Origin: a virus
IMG/VR virus record: IMGVR_UViG_3300032144_000017
Location: 1 to 48,210 of that record
Direction: 5' to 3' (one strand)
Length of the DNA: 48,210 bases
A model generated the notes under the pieces. It saw only the letters and a program-made list of their open reading frames with translations. It made no database searches and was not told the DNA's origin. Position 1 is the first letter of the stretch; the number at the start of each line of letters is the position of its first letter. The position numbers and the translations under genes were made by a program. This document shows positions 42,316 to 48,210 of the stretch, in pieces.

Positions 42316-43296
42316 TTACTCGATAGGGTGCCAGTTATTGGTCGTGAACAGGTTCTCGTCATCGAGCATACGATCACGAACCATAGGTGGCGCTTCGCAC
42401 AAGTCGAAGAACTTGCATTGTCCGTACTTAGTGACGCAATGCTCGCGAATCGGCACGGCTTCGCCAGTCGTTATGAACTCTACTGCTTGTCTAATGATGT
42501 TCCGAATGGCAAACAGGGTCTCATTCTGCCACTCTTCGATTTTCCAGTTCGCCATTGGGATGGGGAAGTGCTTGAATTCAAACCCTGTCGAGCGGAGCGC
42601 AAGCGCGTTGATGACAACGCCGCGAACAGGTTTAGTGAACTGTTCTTGAAATAGGCGTCCAACGTATGTATATCCGAGCATTTGACTTGAGCGAACCTTA
42701 TCGTCCACAAACTTATCTCCCATGACAGAGGTCGTCTTATGATCACATACCCAAATCTCGTTCCGAAGATACGTGAGGAGGTCCAGGATACCGCTCCACC
42801 AAACATCGATTTTAGTAGCTTCCGGGAAAAGCTCACCGGCGCGGAACTCAATAGTTCCGATTGGAAACGAAAAGGTTTCTTCCACGATTTTCTTACCGTT
42901 AAGCTCAACCGGGACAAGTTTTTCGGCGTATACAGTGTTAACGTGTGCATGATACGAGGTAAGTAGGCGTATTAAAGAATCAGTGTTGCGACGCGGATCG
43001 AGAAGCAAGTCGAGTTTTGATTCTCTCGCGTCAAAGATGGCGCGTTCACACGCGGTTTCTAGGCCGTCGCCAAGCACGAGGTGCTTCATGCCAGTGTGAA
43101 CAGCCTGACCGAAGATAAGTGGGCTCATGCCCTTGTTACTGATCTTGCGCAGCCCACCGCTAATCATGCCTTTGACGAAGCACCCGTTCCAGTCTAGGAA
43201 CTCGGTGTTGTCCATCTGGACACGCTTCTCTAACTTTAGGCGGTTAATAAACGCGCTTACTTTAAATATGTCTAGGAGGTCGGCTGAGAAGTGCAT
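42316..43296 (-). CDS. PD-(D/E)XK exonuclease, Cas4/RecB-like with a C-terminal Cys cluster
   Basis: ILDLL...VCDHKT nuclease core, QMLGY motif, C-terminal C-x6-C-x5-C (CVTKYGQCKFFDLC). Confidence 0.7.
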   Translation of the reverse strand: MHFSADLLDIFKVSAFINRLKLEKRVQMDNTEFLDWNGCFVKGMISGGLRKISNKGMSPLIFGQAVHTGMKHLVLGDGLETACERAIFDARESKLDLLLDPRRNTDSLIRLLTSYHAHVNTVYAEKLVPVELNGKKIVEETFSFPIGTIEFRAGELFPEATKIDVWWSGILDLLTYLRNEIWVCDHKTTSVMGDKFVDDKVRSSQMLGYTYVGRLFQEQFTKPVRGVVINALALRSTGFEFKHFPIPMANWKIEEWQNETLFAIRNIIRQAVEFITTGEAVPIREHCVTKYGQCKFFDLCEAPPMVRDRMLDDENLFTTNNWHPIE

Positions 43297-43308
43297 AATT
43301 AGTTGTTA

Positions 43309-43332
43309 AACTTTATCGAATTTCGATGGAGT
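43309..43332 (-). promoter_or_regulatory. 24-bp palindromic motif, copy 11
   Basis: The - strand reads TAA tt ACTCCATCGAAATTCGATAAAGTT, then 12 nt, then the ATG of the nuclease gene. Confidence 0.9.
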
Positions 43333-43334
43333 AA

Positions 43335-43778
43335 TTACTGAGCATTTTGACGCATGTAACCTTCAAGGTCTATGATGCGATGCGCCATTGCACGAACTGT
43401 GCTCTCAATGGTCTCGTGCTGGCTAATGTCATGGTTGGCAGCAGCCTCGACTGGAGCCATCAGCCCGTTAAGGTGACGTTCGATTGTGCTAACCTTCATA
43501 TCGAACTTATCTCTGTCCGGCTTAGACTCATCATAGAGGCTAAACAGTATTGGAAACAATTCACGAGCGAGCTGGACGGCGGACTCGTGATAAGCTTGTG
43601 GGTTTTTCATAAGTGTTTGCGAAACGATCGGTTTACAGAAGGGATGCTGACAAAGTTTGCCCGGCAACCCTTGCAGACATTCCCAGTTAAGCTCAGTGCG
43701 TTGCGTAGAGTCTTTCATGTAGTCACGCTCCCACTCAGGGATGGTGAAGACTGGATCACGCGTCGGAGTCATCGGCAT
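43335..43778 (-). CDS. hypothetical protein (147 aa)
   Basis: ORF track. Confidence 0.55.
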   Translation of the reverse strand: MPMTPTRDPVFTIPEWERDYMKDSTQRTELNWECLQGLPGKLCQHPFCKPIVSQTLMKNPQAYHESAVQLARELFPILFSLYDESKPDRDKFDMKVSTIERHLNGLMAPVEAAANHDISQHETIESTVRAMAHRIIDLEGYMRQNAQ

Positions 43779-43932
43779 CGTCAGTTAATTCTAGAGCTTC
43801 AATGACATCGTCTACGTCGCAACTGGCGGCGTTAGCAGTCATGGCAAGCAATCGCTCAGTTGAAATATCAGGTTCACCATCTTCAATTAGATCGTAGAAG
43901 GCGACGATTTGTTGTGCGCGATCGAGAGTCAT
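43756..43932 (-). CDS. small acidic ORF (58 aa) not on the track
   Basis: Hand-translated: MTLDRAQQIVAFYDLIEDGEPDISTERLLAMTANAASCDVDDVIEALELTDDADDSDA. ATGA overlap with the upstream stop. Confidence 0.45.
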   Translation of the reverse strand: MTLDRAQQIVAFYDLIEDGEPDISTERLLAMTANAASCDVDDVIEALELTDDADDSDA

Positions 43933-44186
43933 ATTCCGAGGATTGACAGGTCGACGCGCTTACTGCCCGCTTTCATCGGCGCACCTTTGCGGAGCAAGTT
44001 CTTACGCAAGTTTTGCGGTGATTCGGTAGCCGTCCTCAGTTTAGAGAGGTGCTTCTCAAGTTCAGCATCGTCCATCTCGGACATGCGTTTGCCAATTAAC
44101 TCGCTGATCGGACAGGAGTCTGGCGGCTCAGGCAATTCACTAATGTTGAAATCGACTGGCGGTGTTGTGTTTTGTGGCTGGTCCAT
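43929..44186 (-). CDS. hypothetical protein (85 aa)
   Basis: ORF track. Starts just after terminator 44188..44228. Confidence 0.5.
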   Translation of the reverse strand: MDQPQNTTPPVDFNISELPEPPDSCPISELIGKRMSEMDDAELEKHLSKLRTATESPQNLRKNLLRKGAPMKAGSKRVDLSILGI

Positions 44187-44187
44187 A

Positions 44188-44228
44188 TAAAAACGACAAA
44201 GCCCCCGCCTACTTTCGTAAGCGAGGGC
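44188..44228 (-). terminator. Rho-independent terminator
   Basis: The - strand reads GCCCTCGCTTAC-GAAA-GTAGGCGGGGGC (12-bp stem including two G.U pairs, GAAA tetraloop) followed by TTTGTCGTTTTT. Confidence 0.8.
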
Positions 44229-44362
44229 CCTCTAGTCGTAACGTGGACTAAGCCAAAACCTAACTACTAACTTCGACGGAGCATTGGATGATGAGTCTGA
44301 TGTTCGTAACTACTTGTTCGTCTAACGGTGGTAGGTAGGTATTTTGGCACACGCAGGGTTAG

Positions 44363-44974
44363 TTAAACGCCAGAGAGCGCAGAGCGTTCTGCGGCCTTAA
44401 CCAGTTCCTTGACCTTCGCACCCACCACCTGCTTCTTCGCCTCTTCGTCGAGACCTTCGACTTCGAGACTGTGCTTGGCGACGAACGCGTCGAGCTTGCC
44501 GTCTTCGACCATCTTGTCGTAGTAGGCGAGGTACTTCTTACCAATCGTACCAGACCCACCACCCTTCGAGGACTGCGTGTAGTCGACAGGCAGGTTACTA
44601 ATAGCAGTAACCACGTCCTCGTTGTACTGATCGAGTGAGCCAGCGCCACCCAGCTCGTCTTCGAGACGACCCACGTACTCCACGTCCTTCTCATCGACGT
44701 TGCCTTCCTTGTCGACGGACTGCTTCTTGCCAGACTTCGCAACGAGCGTCTCCACGAGCTTCGCGCGCACCTTGGTGTAGTGCGAGTGGAAGTGCACGTA
44801 GTTGATGGCGGCCGCGTAGACCTTCTCTTCGCCCAACTTGCGCGCCGCGGCCTGTTCCTCTTCGGTCATGTCAGCGTTACCGCCGCCAGACAGGAGCAGC
44901 AGCTCGTTAAGATCTTCGGCAACGCCGACGATCGGAACATCAAACCCGAGGACTTCTTTATTCAGTGTTTTCAT
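44363..44974 (-). CDS. hypothetical abundant protein (203 aa)
   Basis: ORF track. Codon usage biased toward C/G-ending codons, similar to the capsid gene. Has its own strong terminator. Confidence 0.6.
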   Translation of the reverse strand: MKTLNKEVLGFDVPIVGVAEDLNELLLLSGGGNADMTEEEQAAARKLGEEKVYAAAINYVHFHSHYTKVRAKLVETLVAKSGKKQSVDKEGNVDEKDVEYVGRLEDELGGAGSLDQYNEDVVTAISNLPVDYTQSSKGGGSGTIGKKYLAYYDKMVEDGKLDAFVAKHSLEVEGLDEEAKKQVVGAKVKELVKAAERSALSGV

Positions 44975-45026
44975 GTATCTATTTAGTTATGGTTTCGTAT
45001 CTTTGTTGTTAGTAGCCAGCTGGCAA

Positions 45027-45347
45027 CTAAAGTGGTCGCACGTTTTCCGTGCTAAATGCTTCACGAGCGGGCAAGCCCAGCGTCGTATCGACCCTCATCA
45101 CAATGATGAACTGGCGCTTGTGCCACGTCTGCATCGCACGCCAGAAAACCATTTCGTCTTTCTCGATCCTTTCGACGCGAGCGTTCGGCAGATAGTTTTG
45201 TCCGAAGCGTGCAATGAACTCTTCGCTTGGAAACTTAAGAGTGATTTGCACGTTGTCGGAAATAACGATACTTTCGATAAGCTCGTCAGGAACGACAGTG
45301 CGCAGCTCACGAAGGTAGGTAACAGCACTGTTTAGGTTTGGTCTCAT
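45027..45347 (-). CDS. hypothetical protein (106 aa)
   Basis: ORF track. Confidence 0.5.
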   Translation of the reverse strand: MRPNLNSAVTYLRELRTVVPDELIESIVISDNVQITLKFPSEEFIARFGQNYLPNARVERIEKDEMVFWRAMQTWHKRQFIIVMRVDTTLGLPAREAFSTENVRPL

Positions 45348-45634
45348 GGTTTAAGGTTGCTATGCAACTGGAAAGGCCCGACCCCAATGTTAGGGAAGTC
45401 GGGCCAGTCAGACAACGTATATTCAGCTACGCGTCAAGCTACTCTCGTAAGCACCGCCAAGGCTTTTACTATGGCCTGCCAAGACTTGGCGGGATTCCTC
45501 TTACGAGCGGTCAACCGGGTTGTACGTAGTAGCACGCATCCACTGTGAGGTGCGAACTTTTGTGTAATCATACAGGCGGGTTGGAAAGTGAACAAACTGA
45601 CAAAGTAATACGGTTAGGTGTGATCGCTACGCGG
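45348..45634 (-). other. 287-bp structured intergenic region (possible small RNA or leader)
   Basis: Nested inverted repeats CTCGTAAG/CTTACGAG and CCGCCAAG/CTTGGCGG, with a competing second CCAAG. Also GGCCCGAC-N15-GTCGGGCC. No ORF or tRNA features seen. Confidence 0.35.
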
Positions 45635-46126
45635 TTACAGGGCCATTAGCTCGTCAAGAGTGAGAGCCCGCTTACCGATGCGGACCTTCGGCGTAGCATT
45701 ACGTTCATTGTAGCGTTCGCTATCCTCGTCATCTTCGATGTCAGGTGCGAGGTGGGCCTCCTTATAAAACTGGCGCTGATACTCCACAACGGTGAGGTCG
45801 AGCGTAAAAACAGCCGTTTTCTTATGCTTGAAGAACGCCCGAAACGTGGCATCTACCTCAGGATAGACATGGATGATGTCCTTGGTAGGACGCTTGTCTG
45901 CATATTCGGTGTGAATTGTTACCGTGCGTCCGGGCGACTTCGCATTTATACATTCGACAAAACGCGGAGTCTTGATACCGTAATGGTTATAGATAACAGC
46001 ACGAGCGACTGGGTCGATCTCGTACTGGCGGCCACTTATCAGGTCTTCGCCATCTTTCGGCAGCAACAATGGCACGAAGGCCAGGTCAGTTTTGGGGATG
46101 TTGAACATGGGATTGCGGAATAACAA
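45635..46126 (-). CDS. hypothetical protein (163 aa)
   Basis: ORF track. Confidence 0.55.
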   Translation of the reverse strand: MLFRNPMFNIPKTDLAFVPLLLPKDGEDLISGRQYEIDPVARAVIYNHYGIKTPRFVECINAKSPGRTVTIHTEYADKRPTKDIIHVYPEVDATFRAFFKHKKTAVFTLDLTVVEYQRQFYKEAHLAPDIEDDEDSERYNERNATPKVRIGKRALTLDELMAL

Positions 46127-46164
46127 TCGGGTTTAGTGATAACTCGGGCAAAGGGGAGCATGAT

Positions 46165-46228
46165 AGCAGAGCGTCAAATAGAAAGCGAGAACAATCTATC
46201 GCATTTCATAACAATCTTTGACGCTCTG
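46165..46228. repeat. Perfect 13-bp inverted repeat with a 38-nt spacer
   Basis: GCAGAGCGTCAAA (46165..46177) and TTTGACGCTCTGC (46216..46228), in the gap upstream of CDS 45635..46126. Confidence 0.85.
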
Positions 46229-46237
46229 CCATGCGGA

Positions 46238-46486
46238 CTATCGGCTTACCAGCATGTTGAATTCGGTAACTATCAAGTCACCATCCTCCGGCTTAAACTG
46301 ATTACGAAGATAGTCAGCTGCGCCTTGCGCCTCGCGTTTGTTGGACCACAGAGTTGGGACGACAACGTCCTCAAACTTGCAGTCCGCCAGAACGCTGGCG
46401 TCAAGTATAACTACGCGCTTCTGCACGTGCGAGAGGAAGGTTGTCCCAACCTTGATGGCGTATCGTTTAGACAGGGTAGTCTTCAT
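46238..46486 (-). CDS. hypothetical protein (82 aa)
   Basis: ORF track. Confidence 0.5.
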   Translation of the reverse strand: MKTTLSKRYAIKVGTTFLSHVQKRVVILDASVLADCKFEDVVVPTLWSNKREAQGAADYLRNQFKPEDGDLIVTEFNMLVSR

Positions 46487-46659
46487 TGTTCGAATGTCTC
46501 CTTTAGTGTTTTGTATAGCTCGTTAGCTACTTCAGGGTCTAACATGATGATGTTGCTGGCGTGAACAGGCACGTGGTGCCCGGTTGTGAGGACAACATGG
46601 TATCCGTCGTTGCCGACGTACACGCTGTCGCCAATATATTTTGACTCTGGCAGTTTCAT
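46483..46659 (-). CDS. small ORF (58 aa) not on the track
   Basis: Hand-translated: MKLPESKYIGDSVYVGNDGYHVVLTTGHHVPVHASNIIMLDPEVANELYKTLKETFEQ. ATGA overlap with the next start. Confidence 0.45.
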   Translation of the reverse strand: MKLPESKYIGDSVYVGNDGYHVVLTTGHHVPVHASNIIMLDPEVANELYKTLKETFEQ

Positions 46660-46669
46660 GGTTAAAGGA

Positions 46670-46728
46670 TGTTCGTCAGCCTACTCGGCAGCCTCTTTGT
46701 TAGTGGCGCACTCTTCAGCTGACGAACA
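46670..46728. repeat. 11-bp inverted repeat with a 37-nt spacer
   Basis: TGTTCGTCAGC (46670..46680) and GCTGACGAACA (46718..46728), between the stop at 46735 and the start at 46659. Confidence 0.8.
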
Positions 46729-46734
46729 AAGTGT

Positions 46735-47052
46735 TTAGTTTCGGGGCATCTCTCCAAACGCACTGGCCATCGCCTGAATCGTTTGGCCAACCGCGCTCAT
46801 CAACTTGATGGCAGCCTCAGAACGCGCGGTGTTAATATCGTGCTTGGCTTTTTCATAACCTTCTTTGAAGCGTTGGTCGCCAAAGTCACGCCTTTCACCG
46901 TGAGCGCGAAGCGCGTCTGCGACTTCTTCATCCTTGAACATTGGCGTCTCGAAGTCATGTCCATAGGCTGCGGCCTGCTTGTGGAGCTTGGTGCCCACGT
47001 CAATGGGCGACTTCTTCTTACGGTTGTATTTGCGTTTCGTTTGTGTCTTCAT
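46735..47052 (-). CDS. hypothetical basic protein (105 aa)
   Basis: ORF track. Lys/Arg-rich N-terminus. Confidence 0.5.
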   Translation of the reverse strand: MKTQTKRKYNRKKKSPIDVGTKLHKQAAAYGHDFETPMFKDEEVADALRAHGERRDFGDQRFKEGYEKAKHDINTARSEAAIKLMSAVGQTIQAMASAFGEMPRN

Positions 47053-47383
47053 TTTGTTTCTTTTTAGCTGGTATTAACGGCAATTTGCCTTGATTAGTTA
47101 GTGTAGCAATACGCTCGACTGCATATCGACGTACGTGTCTTTGCATTCGTTCATCGTTGGAGATGTTCGCATTTCCAAACGCTCCCCGCTTCCCATCGTC
47201 AATAGATCGTTGTGCAGACGCTGCTGCTCGGTTAGCCTTAGTAGCGTCGATTGCGTCTTGAGTGATGCTAACAACGGGAAACTGCGGCTTGGGTGCAGCA
47301 GCGCGTTCTTTACGACGGGCGGCATAGGCGTCACGATCAAACGACGATATGGTCTTGTCACGTTCACGGGACTTGGTAGACAT
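47018..47383 (-). CDS. hypothetical protein (121 aa)
   Basis: ORF track. Confidence 0.5.
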   Translation of the reverse strand: MSTKSRERDKTISSFDRDAYAARRKERAAAPKPQFPVVSITQDAIDATKANRAAASAQRSIDDGKRGAFGNANISNDERMQRHVRRYAVERIATLTNQGKLPLIPAKKKQNEDTNETQIQP

Positions 47384-47389
47384 GGCTGG

Positions 47390-47704
47390 TTAGTCGTCAT
47401 CGCGCTTAGGACGCTTGGTGAGTAGAAGTTTAACTGGGGTGATAGCCTCGTGGAGATCGAAGGCCTTGATGACCTTCCGGAGTTCTTCGTGGCAGTAGTA
47501 AGCAGTGTAGTCGATCGACACGTACTCACCAGCACTAATGATTGACTGTGCCTCAGGGAATAGTGGGCGAGCACACTGACTGGCTACGCAGTCACGCAGT
47601 ATGGCAAAGCCAGCCTGCGTACGATCTGCGTAAGCCTTGTCAATGAGCTCTTGTGTGATGTCGAGCTCGATTGTTTCGGGATAGTCTTCGTATACTTTAG
47701 TCAT
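47390..47704 (-). CDS. hypothetical protein (104 aa), first gene after motif copy 12
   Basis: ORF track. The ATG lies 24 nt downstream of the motif. Confidence 0.55.
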   Translation of the reverse strand: MTKVYEDYPETIELDITQELIDKAYADRTQAGFAILRDCVASQCARPLFPEAQSIISAGEYVSIDYTAYYCHEELRKVIKAFDLHEAITPVKLLLTKRPKRDDD

Positions 47705-47728
47705 ATTTGTGGTTGGTTGTTCTTGTTA

Positions 47729-47753
47729 GACTTTATCGAATTTCGATAAAGTA
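47729..47753. promoter_or_regulatory. 24-bp palindromic motif, copy 12 (only perfectly symmetric copy)
   Basis: ACTTTATCGAA-T-TTCGATAAAGT has perfect 11-bp arms. It matches the consensus when read on either strand. Confidence 0.9.
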
Positions 47754-48083
47754 AATGGTGCACGCTGGCGACTGGCGAACATCTAAACTAGAACAAGTGT
47801 TCAAGTTCAAGCTCCGCAGGTCAGCACTGGCTCTCGCTCCACACTTGGTGTCAGCCGGCTCGGCGGTTTGAGTGGGTCGCGAGACGGATTGGACGCCGGA
47901 GGCGCACGGAACACGAGCGCAGTGAGCATCGGCTGGCCGATGCGAACAAGCGGTCGATGCGGTCGCGGTCTGCGATGACTGGGGACGAGCGCCCGTTGCG
48001 GGCGCGGGGATGCGTTGGCAAGGGCAGCAACGCGGCCCGGAGCCTGCTTGTCCTTGCCGTCGAACACTCTTACTCTTGTGCTT
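47753..48083 (+). repeat. GC-rich non-coding element C (best matches on the + strand)
   Basis: Contains AGACGGATTGGACGCCGGAGGCGC (47882..47905), GGGGACGAGCGC (47981..47992) and hairpin GCGCCCG-TTG-CGGGCGC. The block order matches element A on +, which is opposite to the flanking genes. The 134-aa - strand ORF across it is Arg/Pro/Ala/Cys junk. Confidence 0.6.
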
Positions 48084-48210
48084 CATAACTAAAAAGCCGC
48101 CCACAATTAAGTGGACGGCTGTTAAGAGCGTGAACACACGCGGTGGCGTTCGCTACGCGAGTTACGGTTAGAGAATGGACTCAACCTCTTCTCCACGCAG
48201 CTTGGGCTCC
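48084..48210. repeat. Terminal direct repeat, copy 2 (identical to 1..127)
   Basis: Exact 127-bp match to the start of the window. It contains the 3' end of CDS 85..405 and a second copy of the terminator hairpin (48091..48120). Confidence 0.95.

Noticed and set aside
44229-44362. tRNA or tmRNA genes in the larger non-coding gaps (3330-3790, 4269-4650, 44229-44362, 45348-45634)
   Set aside because: No GTTCRANYC T-loop with flanking 5-bp stems and no 7-bp acceptor pairing was found by eye. A tRNAscan-SE run would be decisive.
45268-45291. Possible 13th, degenerate motif copy (AATAACGATACTTTCGATAAGCTC) inside CDS 45027..45347
   Set aside because: Only the right half resembles the consensus, with a deletion, and the left arm does not pair. 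It is probably a chance half-site, like CTTTATCG at 667-674.
47733-48137. 134-aa - strand ORF across element C
   Set aside because: Arg/Pro/Ala/Cys/Ser-rich junk composition. It runs through a terminator hairpin and a GC-rich repeat, and its stop is simply the TAA inside the palindrome.
1-48210. Stop-codon reassignment (TAG or TGA recoding)
   Set aside because: Standard-code ORFs tile both arms densely with normal sizes, and all three stop codons are seen terminating well-supported genes (TAA fibre, TGA polymerase, TAG at 36639). Recoding is therefore unnecessary.

Overview
The window is a complete, self-closing tailed-phage genome. Bases 1-127 are identical to 48084-48210, so the unique length is 48083 bp. 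Genes sit in two convergent arms that diverge from a roughly 470-bp control region (3322-3790). The rightward arm (about 3.8-31.1 kb) carries a small stand-alone cassette, putative small and large terminase, a tail fibre with an S74-type C-terminal chaperone, portal, scaffold, major capsid, about ten virion/tail proteins, and a 2495-aa giant virion protein. The leftward arm runs 3321 to 85, then wraps to 47704 and continues to 30753. It carries many small early ORFs, a Cas4-like nuclease / Sak4-like ATPase / SSB-like recombination module, a ParB-domain DNA methyltransferase, an ATP-dependent DNA ligase, a family-A DNA polymerase, an HNH-AP2 homing endonuclease, a DnaQ-like exonuclease and a DUF3987/VirE-like P-loop NTPase. 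I saw no integrase, RNA polymerase, tRNA, CRISPR array or recognisable lysis cassette. The features that gene calls do not explain are: (1) a 24-bp near-palindrome, ACTYYATCGAAATTCGATAAAGTC, present in 12 copies around the genome, mostly wedged exactly between a stop codon and the next start codon, with two copies in frame inside large genes; (2) three diverged copies of a GC-rich 220-340-bp non-coding element, each beside a copy of the palindrome, with compensatory changes in two hairpins; (3) perfect 21-bp (TAC)6TAT inverted repeats flanking a 94-bp AT-rich spacer in the divergent control region; (4) a 338-bp antisense overlap where the two arms meet; (5) an almost complete absence of Shine-Dalgarno sequences. 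All functional calls rest on motifs read by eye and on synteny. No database search was possible.
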